Translations under genes and position numbers: made by a program
Assembly: GCA_000320545.1 (NCBI GenBank)
Contig: ADNK01000862.1
Location: 124,001 to 188,000, forward strand
DNA length: 64,000 nucleotides
Source: Bigelowiella natans CCMP2755
Lineage: Eukaryota; Protista; Cercozoa
Direction: 5' to 3'
Notes under the pieces: model-generated
Database searches by the model: none
Told to the model about the DNA's origin: nothing
The model's input: the letters and a program-made list of their open reading frames with translations, nothing else
Shown: piece by piece, positions 1-12,905 of the stretch
Position numbering within the stretch: the first letter of the stretch is position 1
Layout: every line of letters starts with the position of its first letter

Positions 1-60
1 ATGTAATGTAGCAATGGCATCTATGCATGTGCGTATTGCCTGCTACAGCTGCAGGTTATG

Positions 61-1215
61 TTTGCTCATCATGCATCGATCATGCTGCATTTGCAACAAT
101 GGACATGTGTGGAAGACCATTAGACATGGAATCATCCATGTGCGTTGTGTCTCCACTTGAGCAGCATCTTCTGTTGTCGTTGTTGACGGCTGCGACAGGA
201 TGTGCGCGCACATCGCATTGATTGTTGCATGCTAGCATGTGCACCGCGTGCTGTCGAGAGACATCGCAGGTGACAGTGTCTTGTCATGTTGCTGTTTCAT
301 TGAAGCCACGCCATGTGTGCTAGCAAGCTAGCAAGCTAGCTAGACACGCAGCAAAACAATGCACGTTGTCGCACAACTAGGTGGCCTGTCTAGCTAGCTA
401 GCTGTTTGCGCATGCGCGATGATCGACAACAAAATGAAAGTTTCTCAGTGTTGCCTCATCACGTGCCAACACTTGACTCGTTTGCTCAGTCCACGATCAC
501 TTTGGTGAAACTTGCTGCCGCGGATGGGACGGAGCAATCACCCCAGCTCGCCTCGATCGTCCTTGAGCGTGTCCGCGAGTGTGCCCAGCTAGACAGGCTC
601 GCCGTTCACAAGCTGCCAAGCTGTGCACAAGCAATTGCTGGCAAGCAAGCTAGCAAGCAAGTCGCAGCGAAACTTGGGTGTGCGACACGCAGTTCTGGTG
701 CCGCCCACAGACCTCAACAGTCGTTTCAAAGTGGTCGCTCCCCATGGATGAATCCGTGACCGTTGCACTTTGGAGGAGGGTGAGAACTGAGACAATGACA
801 ATGATGACAAACTGCACTTCCAAAACGTTGCAAGACATCGTCAATGAGAACAATGAGAACAATGATGAAAAAGCACATTTCCAAAGTGTGACAAGACACT
901 TGCAGTGTGCGAAATGCAGTGCCTCGAACTGGCTTCGGTGAGGACTGAAAACACTCATTTGCAGTGCACGAAACTGAGACAGACATTGCCAGGGACGAAC
1001 GATGGTCGAACAATGAACAATGAACAATGAACAATGATGATGAACTACATTTCCAAAATGTTGCAAGACATTTGCAGTGTTCGAAATGCAGTGCCTCGAA
1101 CTGGCTTCAGTGAGGACTGTGACTAGCAAATCGAACGCTTTCTCATTGAACCGACCAACTCGTTGTCACTTGTCGCGGCACAGTCCTCCCAATGCCATTT
1201 TTGGGTTTTCCCAGC
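61..1215. other. TpA-depleted, TG/CA-rich decayed non-coding island
   Basis: Manual count gives 14 TA dinucleotides in about 1150 nt, 12 of them within CTAG. No credible protein is encoded. TA returns abruptly after about 1215. Confidence 0.75.
790..1120. repeat. Degenerate direct repeat (about 73 bp core, 172 bp spacing)
   Basis: acatttccaaa...aaatgcagtgcctcgaactggcttc(g/a)gtgaggactg occurs at 875-947 and 1047-1119, with a partial third copy at about 812-838. Each copy is preceded by acaatg-type micro-repeats. Confidence 0.8.
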
Positions 1216-1567
1216 GCTAAAATGAGTATTTTTCGGTTTGGCTGCAAATCTCCGGATGATGGATGGATTCTACCCGGGAAGGTGGTTTTGTCTCAGATGA
1301 ACAAAGAGAGGGCATTGGCAATCAAACGACAACAAATATTAACAAATTTTACTATGTCGCACGTGAATAGCAGGACCTCCTCTCGAGAGATTTGAGCACT
1401 CCCTCGAAAAGGAAAAAAGAATAGCCAGTCTCAGGGAGCGACCTTGTCTGCTGGTGTGAGCGAGTGAGCTTTGACAACGTATTCACACAGCGGCATGGCC
1501 AAAAGCTATTTAGATTGTGAATGAATTTCAAGATAGCAGCGAAAAGAACTTCGAGGGAAACTTGGAA

Positions 1568-1962
1568 ATGACACTAGTGAACGCTGGCGATCTTCTCGCT
1601 CAGGTACTGTAGTCCAGACGTTGCACTCTCTAACAGGAGGGAAACCAGGGAGGAAGAAGAGAAGATGGAACAGAATAAAGCATTCCAGTATTTGTTTGAT
1701 ACTAAAATCGACCACATGGTGATGCACAGGTTCTCGTGGAGTCGGGCGTTCGGGATGTATATGCGACGTCCCCTTCACTGTCAGTCGGTGCTATCGCAGA
1801 TGTGATGGAAAAAGCAGGGGCGACATTGTATTCGCACCTCACGCCTGGAACTTCTATCGCTGCGGCTCAAGCACGTGCAGAGTTAACTAATTCTCTAGTG
1901 GCCATCGTCCTCACCGCAGATGGTACTCGACCACCATTGCCATTGCCATGGCATCGCCGCCA

Positions 1963-1998
<36 letters not shown>

Positions 1999-3157
1999 TA
2001 GTATATAACATGAATATATCTTATATTTAGACGTAGATGCACGAACGGTTACGGCGGCTGCAACAGCAGCAGCTATGGCATCTCCGGCATCACAAAACGG
2101 AACAAGCAAGAGCGAGAAATTGGGAGGTGGTGGTAGTATCATCAGAAGAATAGGAAGAACACCAACAGGGGCAGAAGCAACAGGAGCGTCTGCATCTGGT
2201 CTGCTATTGCTGCTGCTTAGGGAAAGAGTGAAACGGAGAGGGGGGACGACGCTTGGGAGAGAAGCTGCTAGAAAAGTAGAAGAGACGGCAACAGATGGAA
2301 GTTCTCACTCCACCTCCTTCGTGGAAAAGCTTCGTAAGGAGTGTCAAGATATTGTCGTGATGGACTTTCCGGATGATAATGATAATGAAAGGCTCGGTGG
2401 GCATGGTTCTTTAGATTTCAAAGCCAACGAATCAGTGGCCTCGTCATCCTCGTCTTCGTTGTCTCACGAGGATTTTGAGCTTCTGCAACTCAGTTCTGAG
2501 GTAGTTCTTGTAAAAATATTTATGCGTTATAGGCTGTGCCAATTTACACACCCTACTCTAGATTATATTTCAGAAGGCGTCGACAAGTTTATTATATAAT
2601 AATTCTTTGTTGCTATGTTATGTTTATGTTGTCAAACAACGCAGTCGCCGCGTCTGCGAAATGTCTTAATTTTACATTTTTGTGCAGTATATTATAAATC
2701 GCGCTACAATCGCGACCAGAGCTGCCGTTACCGCTCCAGCCTCATCGGCTTCCTCTCGTAGTGGAGTTGTTCTCATCGATTTCGACCCCAAAATTCTCGC
2801 AGCTTTATGTCACCCCATCAGTAGACAAATTGGTGGGAAACGGCTACGAGGAGGAGCACATTCGTCGTCTTCGTCGTCGTCGTCTTCATCGTCGTTCCCC
2901 ACAATCACAAGCACTTCTCACACTGCTACTGTCGTCATCGTCCCTGAATCACTCGAGGCTTCCATAATCGAGCGTCTCGAAGAAGCGGTTGCAGGAAAGG
3001 GGAGAGGAGGAGTAGAAGGAAAGCACGTCTCTCCCCTGACTTCAATCATGTCTGCTGCTGTCAGTAGGGCTGCATCTAATAGCAGCCTTGTAGTAGTTCC
3101 AAACACCGGCGTCTCCTTACTAGGGTATGCGCTGGGTGCCACTGGCTACCTACTTCC

Positions 3158-3189
<32 letters not shown>

Positions 3190-4345
3190 GGCAGCATAAG
3201 GGAGTTGTGCTGTTGGCTGTTAGGAGAAGAGATATTTTCCCTACTGCCTCGACCCCGAACGATGCTGCCGATGACAGTGATACGACAAGAGAAAATTGGT
3301 CAGGCAGCAACACTTCCCTCAGTCTCGATGCGCTGCGCACTGCCGTGTCGCGACGGTGCAATTTGGTCGTAGTTGTGGTCGACAACACCGACGATAACAA
3401 AGTTAAAGCGCATGTGCAGGAAGAGAAGGAGAAGGCTGGACTGGACGAGGAACTAGTCGCCGCCGCGCTTGGAATAGGATGTTATACTCTTGAGAACGCT
3501 ACGAAGGCCATTGACTCGGCTCGCACGGGGCGACCGTGTCTATTGCTCAGCAAATCAAGTAAAACTGGCAAGAAAGTATCTGCAATCTTGGGAACGAGAG
3601 AGATCAAGGCCAGAAATGATAAAAGCATGAAGGAAACGACGCTGGAATCCCTACAGGCACTTGTTTCCGTGTGCCCCTCACCTCTATCAGCAGCCCATTC
3701 CCTCCTCGGGATCATCAAAGAGAGCTGCAATGAAAAGAGAGAAGAAAAAGAGACTAAGAGGATGAGGGAAGTGACACTGGTTACCTCCGAAGAACTGCTT
3801 CAAAACACGTATGTTTTAGAATTCATGTATAATGATGACGATGATGACGATGATGCTGATGATCATGATGGCCGATAATGATGATGGTGGTGATGATAAT
3901 CAATGTGCTTTGCGATGGCAACGTTCGCCCCCTTTCTTCTCTTGACCTTTTTCAGACGTACTGACTTAGCCCAGATGATCTTTCCTCTATAATTGATTTA
4001 TAGTAACTATTATATTATTATATGCGAAATAGGGCGGAGATTCTCCATCGTGTCTCCTCCTCCTCCTCCTCCTCCTCCTCCTCCTCCTCCTCTCGAGCTG
4101 CTGGTCCTCCACTCGTTGTGGTGTTGGACACGTTAGGGGAGAACCTTCGAAGCACATGTGGCATGATGATGGGGCGTTTTGAGGGCGGTGTTGCGCCATA
4201 CTTGGATCCATTCCGTCTCCTCTTAGGCCTCGGCATCTCAGCCATCAGGTCATCCGCAGATACAGCGCTATCAGCTGTAACATCAACGTCGCTATCGTCA
4301 TCAGCACCAGAACCACGCGCCTACATCGTGCGGGTGCCGAACACT
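1568..4345 (+). other. Degenerate ThDP-dependent enzyme-like region (acetolactate synthase family fold: Pyr domain plus two PP-like domains)
   Basis: The segments MTLVNAGDLLAQVLVESGVRDVYA, AAAQARAELTNSLVAIVLTAD and GVVLIDFDPKI match the ALS N-terminal pattern (G.DLLA..L...GV..VFG; A.GYAR.TG..GV.L.T.G; GPVLIDLPKDV). LRTAVSRRCNLVVVVVDN and GRPCLL match the PP domain. Matched by eye only. Confidence 0.65.
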
Positions 4346-5071
4346 GTGCTTACCCAGTTGTTGCGAGACTCTCTACAACAACGAGTTCCGATGAAGACGA
4401 TGACGGCAAAGGCAAAAGCACCGGTACCTGCCCCTGCTTCAGCAGGGATTTGCATCCCTCTCCCTCGACGCGGAGATACAACCTTTGCACGCGCTGAACT
4501 CGAGTCGCGGCTGTCAGCCCTGTCTTCATCATCGTCTTCATCGTCGCCGCGAAAGTACTGCGACATCAGGCATATCCTCGTGCATTTCTCAACCGAGTTT
4601 GCCAGCAAAACTGCCTTTACCATCACGCAGCCAAGCTCAGCATCGACTCCACCAACATCGTTAGCAGCGCCACAGGAAATCACCTATGGACAAGCGTCCT
4701 GGAGGATGGTTCGATTAGGCCGCTGGTTGATAAAGGCTGGGGTGGGATGCGGCGAGCGCGTTGGCGTCTTGGCGCCGAACTCCTTTCGCGTCGTCGAGGC
4801 GCATTATGCAGTGGCGGGAGTTGCTTCTGGAATCGTGCTGAACTGCAATCAGCGCCTTGCAGCCCTAGAGCTCGCCTACATTCTCAATGATGCTGCCCCA
4901 GTAATAAGAGAATAAGATGCGGGGGGGGGGGGAAGGGAGGGTTCGGAGAGTTGTAGTGGACGCTTGTATTAAAATTCGTGCTGGAAAGGGGGGTAGATGC
5001 GGTCGTAGTAGTTTATTCAAGATTGTCAACTACAATCCGGGTGTCGTACACGCAAGCACACATAAGCAAAC

Positions 5072-5109
<38 letters not shown>

Positions 5110-6843
5110 ATCTCAGGTGGTGATGATTGCGTCGACGCGATTTCGGCAGTTGCTGGTTGATGCACTTGCTCTGTCGCGGCGAGTAGCAGCAGAGACATTT
5201 GAGGAGGGAAAGAAGGAAAGGGACGACCACACAGTAGACTCGATCGCGCCCGTCGTGGATATTCTGAAAGCAATAATCTGGATCGATGAAGACGCAGGCG
5301 CCGTCGTAGGGACGGCCAGTCCACAGCTAGAAGCCAAGGATGGCCAGGAATGCAACGTAAAAGAGGATGATCATGTTATCATCAACATCGATGCTGGCGA
5401 GGGCAATGGTGCGGACTCAACCACGCGAAAGAGAAGTATTCGCCAATTTTACTACGAGGCTATTGCCGGTGGGGGTGCAATCTCTTCTCCTTCAACCTCC
5501 TCCTCCTCCTCCTCCTCTTCCACGGCGTCCTCTATCATCCCTCTCCTGCCAGAGAGATCGAGGAGTGTGGGCTCGGATCAGGGCGAAAGCGGGTGTGAGA
5601 TGTACTACACGAGTGGAACGACCGGAAGGCCTAAGGGTGTTGTGCTGAGCCATAAGAACGTCGTCCTGCACGCACTTGGGTGCATGGTCGAGCACAGGAT
5701 CCACTCGGATGACGTATGGGCGCACATCGCACCGATGTTCCACCTCGTAGACGCATACGGTATGTTCGCAGTCGCCTGGGTGGGGGGGCGGCACGTATTC
5801 CTCGCAGACTTCTCGCCTGCTTCGGCACTACGATTGATCGAGCTGCAGCGTGTGACTGTGACTAACATGGCAAGCACAATGATCAACATGCTACTTACGG
5901 ATCCGTCGCGCCCATCGCGCGACCTTTCCAGTCTGCAGCTGCTCTCCGGCGGTGGCGCCCCTATCAACCAAGACACGATGAAGCGCGCGTTGGGAGCGTT
6001 CGGGTGCGAATTCTTCCTGAGTTACGGCATGACGGAGTGCTGCGGCAAGATCTCCATGTCGCTGCTCCAGACGGCGAAGGACGAGGATCCGCAGACTGGG
6101 CACATGAACTCGGAGATCAGGCGACTGTCGCAACAAGAGCAGCTTGCATATGTGTGCACATCGGGCCGACCCTTCTCCTTGCTGGAGGTCAGGGTGGTGC
6201 CGGTCATTGCACCCAGCGGTGAATCTGCCGCTGCTGCTGCTGCTGCTGGTGGTGGTGGTAGTAGTACTAAGGCTGCTGTTGTGAGTGTGCCATGGGATGG
6301 GAAAACGGTCGGTGAGGTGCAGATTCGAGGAGAAACAGTGTTCCGAGGCTACTGGCGTCGCCCGGCAGCGACACGTAAAAGCTTCGTTGATGATTCCAAT
6401 GGGGAGAAGAAGGGGGGCGGGCTTGCCTGGTTCAAGACGGGAGATCTCGCATTCGTAGAGCCTCGTGGATACCTAACCATATGCGACAGAGCGAAGGACA
6501 TGATCCTCACAGGCAGCGAGAATGTCTACTCTGTTGAGGTCGAGCGCGTATTGCAGGACCACCGTGGCGTTCGCCACGCGTGCGTCTTCGGCGAACCGAA
6601 CGAGCTGCTTGGTGAGATCGTCAAGGCCGTTGTTGTGCGGTACGATGGCCCTTTGGGAACTCCTGTAAGCGCTGCTGAATTAAGGCGTCACTGCGTGGCG
6701 CGCCTTGCCGACTACAAGGTTCCAAGAAGGATCGAATTTGTCGACGCACTACCGATGACGGGTAGCGTGTTTCTACGTGGTGAATGACGGTGGAGACAGT
6801 GATGATGATAAGGAGTTTTTAAGAATGAGGCCTTTCTCTCTAT

Positions 6844-6883
<40 letters not shown>

Positions 6884-6899
6884 GTGCGTGCGCGCGCGC

Positions 6900-6930
<31 letters not shown>

Positions 6931-7830
6931 CACCCGCGCCCATCAACGTCTTTGCCAATATATAGCTACAGTCATAACTACCATCTTGCTCCGTCCTCAT
7001 CCTCTTAGGTTCCGGCAAAATCGCCAAAGCAGAGGTCAGGCGCCGCGACCAGGAGCGGCGTCGTGCGAGAGAGGAGAAGAAGGCTAAAAGGAGGGGAGAG
7101 CAGCAACTGCAGGCGCGGACGAGTGGTAGCGGTGCTGTTGATGATGACGGCCAACATCGACAGCCACCTGCAATGGTACAGGACATATACCGAATCACCT
7201 GGACGCAGTCAAGCAGCAGCAAACAAACGCGGAATAATAATACGAACCATAGTGATGAAAGATGGCTTGTTCTGTCCTCTGTTGCTGCTGCTGCCTCTTC
7301 CTCTTCATCTAGTGGCAGAGATCATGATGGTAGTGTGGCTACTGCCCTCTGCGAAAGAGTACGTGCTAGCGGCGGCAAGGTCAAACGGGTCACGGTGCCA
7401 ACGACAACGATGATCACCGACACTGACCAACTCCTACGTCGAATCGTTAATGGCAATAATGATAATAATGATGATGATGATGATGGCAGTGGGGTTGAGC
7501 TGACGGCCTTGACACATGTTGCCTTTCTTCTGCCCCTCGACGATGAAGCAGCTACAGCAGCTGCTTTTGCTGGGAAAGAGGATGAAAAGTCGCCTTCGTT
7601 TTGCAGCTCGGTTGCTGAACGCGTGCGAAAGTTATTAGGAACGCTTCTAGCTTTACTAAATGTCCTACATTCGAAAAAATCGAAGAGGCAGGAGGCAAAG
7701 GCTGGGTTGAGGCTGCTAGTCGTCACGCGCGGCGGTCCCTTCCAGATTAATGACAACGGGGAAACGGAAAAGCACGACTCTATTCCAGGTAATAGGAGAT
7801 GGACGGGATGAGAATGGACGATCATGCGCG

Positions 7831-7896
<66 letters not shown>

Positions 7897-10065
7897 ATCA
7901 TTTGTTCTGTTTCCCTGCCTGACCGATCTCCCTCCACCACTGTGTTGGTACTACCGCCACATCTTCAAGATCCCGTGAGCTCGGCAGTCCTGGGGTTCAC
8001 ACGTGTGGTAGCGGCTGAATATCCACGGCTCGAAGCATGCTTCATTGATCTCTGCCCCGGAGAAACCGACCATGCCCGAGATGCCGCCACTCTCCTCCAA
8101 GAGGCGAGACTCTCATCTTCTCCATCATCATCGTCCTCGTTCGATCGTTCCACTGCTGAGGTTACATACCGACGCCGACGCCGCTACTTGCCATCCCTCC
8201 AGCGATTCCCAAAGGGCGCGCTCACCAAGCCCGCCACAAGAGGTAGCACTAAGGGCGGTGCCTTGCTGTTAAGCATAACCGCAGAAGAGGAGCAGGAAGG
8301 CGGGTGCTGCTACTTGGTGACCGGAGGGCTAGGGGGGCTAGGCCGCCACCTTGTGTCGCGTATGTGCGGGCAGTGGGGCGCAAAACGCGTCATACTGCTC
8401 GGCCGTCGAGAACCAAGTAAGTCGCGGGGTAGTAGCGTTATCGGTCTTCAGTACACGTTGGAAATAATTCGATCAGAGAGAGTTGGGAAAGAGGAGGAGG
8501 AGGAGGATGAGGAGGAGGAAGAAGAGGGGGGATTTTCTCTGTGTCCCTGTCTAGCTGTTTATATTTGTGCATCTCGTCTCTATCGTTGGCAGCATATTTA
8601 GAAATACATTTCTCACTCCTCCTCCATGGGTGTTGTTTTCCTACTATTATGAGCCAATATGTTCGTGCTGATACAATGCTGCATTGACTCAATTTTCCAG
8701 GCGAGGAGGCATGCTTATGGATGAAGACCGTAGAGCAGGCGACTAGTGCGAAGTTGGTGGCGTGGCGGTGCGACGTGTCTAAAGCAAGCGAGTGTATAAG
8801 TGTGCTACAGAGAGCAAAGCGTGAGGTCGGGGCTTGCCGGGGCATCTTCCACCTCGCAGGAGTGGTAGGGGATGGGACGATCGATTCCATGAGCTGGGAG
8901 ACGTTTGACCGAGTGATATCTGCAAAGGTAGATGTTTTGTTGTCATGCTGATGGTAGTGATGGCGGTGGCTGTGTGGGTGGGAGGGAGCAGCTGATGCAA
9001 TGATTTACCTCGCTTGCTCGTTCCTGCCTCTCCTCCTTTTCCCTCTCCTTCTGCTCCTTCAGGTTGATGGCTCCTTGCACCTCCACGCGGCTGCGATGGA
9101 GACTGGAGCACCCCTGAAACACTTTGTTTTATTCTCTTCGATCTACGGGCTGCTAGGATACAGGGAGCTCAGCCATTATGCAGCAGCAAATGCCTTTCAA
9201 GATGGCCTTGCTGCGTATCGCCGTGCCCAAGGATTACCTGCACTCGCAGTGAGCTGGGGGACGTGGGCAGGGGCAGGCATGGCGCATCGGTTCGGCTCTG
9301 GATTCGAGGCGTAAGTCACATTATACAAACACAAAAAGAGAGAAATCGGGGAGGGGGGGAGTGGGAGGTGGAAGGAAGCGCAGAACAAGTAGAGCAGCAA
9401 GGAGTGTTTGACAAAAGAAGCAAGTAGCACGTTGAATGCCGCTAGTTGCTAAGTTCTCCGTAAAGGGTGTTCGTGAAGGACAATGATGACGTTATTCGCG
9501 ATGATGATCAGGTACTGGCGCGGCCTGGGAATGGGATTTGTCCCTCTGGATGGCGGCATGGAGGCACTTGGGTCGCTGATGCAGCTAGCCAGTAGTAGTC
9601 ACACCGGTGATACTGCTACTATTACTGCATCATCAACGCCCGTGCAACCACATATCTCCCACGGCGCTGTAATCCCAACTGAATGGAAGCGATACGCAAA
9701 GACACGACGGGGAGTGCCCCATCCCCTAGCAAAGCGGATGGTGGATGAGACTCTACGCGAAGAACAGCAGCTGCCGCAGCAGAAACAGCTTCCTCCCCTA
9801 ATCGCAGCTCTCGCGTCGGCGTTGGCGTCGACCGGGAAGGACGATAGAAAGTCCCGGCTTATGATAGTAGCCGCGCATGTGGCGAGAACTGCCACTATGG
9901 TTCTTGGAGACGACGAGGAGGACGGCGGCGAATTGGAGGACCTCGATGGGTAGCATCATTAGTAGTAGTAACGGCATATAGTAGGGGAACAAAGGCAACA
10001 GTTCGTGAGTTTTCCAATTAAACGCATGGTGCGATAGAATCCCTCATTTTCTTCCCCTTACTTCT

Positions 10066-10105
<40 letters not shown>

Positions 10106-10697
10106 TCTCTCCCCCCCCCCCCTCCTCTCATTCGCTTCTTTCCAGGAACGTTCCCGTGGCAGAGATTGGGCTGACATCAATTCTGGTCGTAGAGCTCTCG
10201 TCTCGCCTCACAGATGATACCTCCCTCGAGGTACCGGCCACCCTCATCTATGAGGGGGTTACGATAAACGGCGTCGCAAAGCTGCTTCTCGACCTCATTC
10301 CAGAAGAGCTCATCGCGTCATCTGCATCCTCCTTGTCATCTACTTCACCGTCCTCCTCCTCCTCCTCCTCCTCCTCCTCCTCCTCCTCCTCTCCCTCGCC
10401 TCTCGTCCAACAGCTGTGTGTCATCGAACCGGCCAGGCGCGAGGCAGTATTGCTCGCTGCGATTACGGAGATTGCCGCGGAGACAACCGACCAGGAAGTC
10501 GATGATATCGACACGACAGTTGCAGTTGCTGAGATCGGCCTTTCTTCCATGGGTAATGGTGCGTGTGTGGTCATATTTCTGGGTATGACCCCTCTTTTTG
10601 CAAGATTCTGCGAAGAAGCAAAAATAGAGAAGGGGGAAGGTCGCAGTGAGAGATGTTGCTTTTTGATTGGGCACTGTCACACTTACAAACACACTCA

Positions 10698-10734
<37 letters not shown>

Positions 10735-11177
10735 GTTGTCTATCAGGGGTGGTCGACCTGGCTGGGCGGACAAGCGAGCTGCTTTGTTTAGAGGAGCAGG
10801 GGCTGGATCCTGTGGCGCCGACCCTCATCTACGAGTGCGTGACCCTCAAAGAGCTGTCCAAGCGCCTCCTAACGACCGCTCTGGGAGATCTTTTATCTGA
10901 GAACGACAATAATAAGAAGAAGCGAGTTGGGGGTGCCAACCAACCACAAGATCAACGCAAACAACGAGGGCGGAATGACGGCAAGGAAGAAATAGCGCCT
11001 CATCCTACGACCACTCAGGAGGAGCGTGTTCAAATTGCAATTTCAGGTATATCTTGCAGGCTCCCTGGGCGGGCCAACAGCCCGAGAGACTTCTTCAACT
11101 TACTGAGGCAACGTCAAGACTGCATAGTGCCACCACCTTCTGACCGGCCCAACAATGGACGACCGAGCGGGTCGCAT

Positions 11178-11229
<52 letters not shown>

Positions 11230-12859
11230 TTTCTATTGATTTCTTTCTCGATATACGTCTAAACCGTCATAGTCAAGCAACACCGACGATTCTATTCCGC
11301 CATGTATTGTGCTGTCATAGTAGCAAGGCCAACGGCCCGCTGCGGGCAATCCATACGACGCCTCTTCCAATAGCCCTCTTCTCAGCTCACCCTCGTATGT
11401 TGTCGTCTCTGATGTACCCGTGTTGCATTGCGATTAGATACTTATCCGGAACTACGCTGTGCGGGTTCGACCGTGACGCTTTTGGGGTGTCTGCGGGTGA
11501 GGCGCGTGCAATGGACCCTCAGCAACGTCTTCTTCTCGAGTGTGCACGGGAGGCGATGGAGGATGCAGGCGTCGTGTGGGAAGCTCAGGATGACGACGAC
11601 GACGACGACGACGACAATCATAACGAGGAGGCGAATGTGTATGTAGACTACGGCGCATCACCATCCGCATCATCGTCCTCGTTGCCGGAATCTCCAAGAC
11701 CACGGCTACGCGACCGACGTGTGGGTGTGTTCGTGGGAATATCTGCTTCTGACTACGGCAATATGTGCCGAGATCATCCTGGCGCCCCGCCGCCCAGCGC
11801 ATACAGCGGCACGGCCTGGTCGCTCTCAATCGCAGCGAACCGCATATCGTACGCATTCAACTTGACGGGGCCCTCGGTGTCGCTGGACACGGCCTGCTCG
11901 TCCTCCTTGGTCGCCGTTGACATGGCGGTGCGAGCCATCCGCCAAGGCCAGTGCCACGCCGCGCTGGTCGCAGGAGCCAACATCCAGCTGCAAGAATCCT
12001 GGTCGAGAGCCTTCGCCACAGCGGGAATGCTCTCGGTGTCCCACCGCTGTCGCTTCGGCTCCGATGCAGCAAACGGATACGTGCGTGGCGAGGGTGTTGG
12101 GGTGATCTTCATCCATGCTACCGCCGTAGCCTCCCAAGCCATCCCTTTCTTCCTGCGCCCCTCCTGCCCTCCGTATGCTTATATTGTGGGGTCGGCTGTG
12201 AACCAGGACGGGCGCTCGAACGGCCTCACAGCTCCAAACCCAGCAATGCAGGAAGAGCTTCTCAGAGCAGCCTGTCGTGATGCTGCTTCTTCGGTTGCCG
12301 TAGGACCGAGAAATAGTTCCGGTAACAGCGAGCAGCTGATATATCGTAGTATAAAGTACGTCGAAGCCCACGGGACAGGTACACGGCTAGGTGATCCTAT
12401 AGAACTCAAGGCCCTTGGAACAGTGCTCAGGGGGGAAAACAGCAGTAGCGGCAGTCGTGAGCGTCTTATTATTGGAAGCGCAAAAAGCAACATTGGCCAC
12501 CTCGAGTGCGCCGCGGGTAATGATGCATCGATGTTGTGTGTCGATCTGCTGTAACATTTAGCTCACTTGCTCCTGCACACACACGTTTTCGCTTGTTCTT
12601 ACTGCTGCTACTGACGTACGCTTTTTAATCAGGGATCGCGGGTCTGATAAAGGCGTCGCTCATTGCCAAGACATCCATTATCCCGCCCACCCTCCATGCT
12701 GAACTGCCAAACAGAGTGAGTAGTGAATAGTGTGTGTGTAGTCGTAGTGGAGAAGTAGATGAAAAGGAAAAAAAGAAGAAAAATGAAAGGAAGTTGCAAA
12801 GCAGTACCAAGTAATGGTGGTATCGATATATTCACGGATGTAGTGATAAACGCACAAGC

Positions 12860-12905
<46 letters not shown>

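Noticed and set aside
3951-3993. Alternative acceptor ttcag at 3955 ending a separate upstream gene
   Set aside because: It leads to a stop after about 12 codons and cuts the second PP-like domain. The acceptor at 4032 keeps the frame and the motif. It cannot be fully excluded without cDNA.
1568-7040. MenD plus MenE (phylloquinone, PHYLLO-like) fusion
   Set aside because: There is no MenD PGSRS or DERSA motif, and no MenC, MenH or MenF parts. The ligase runs in frame into KR-ACP.
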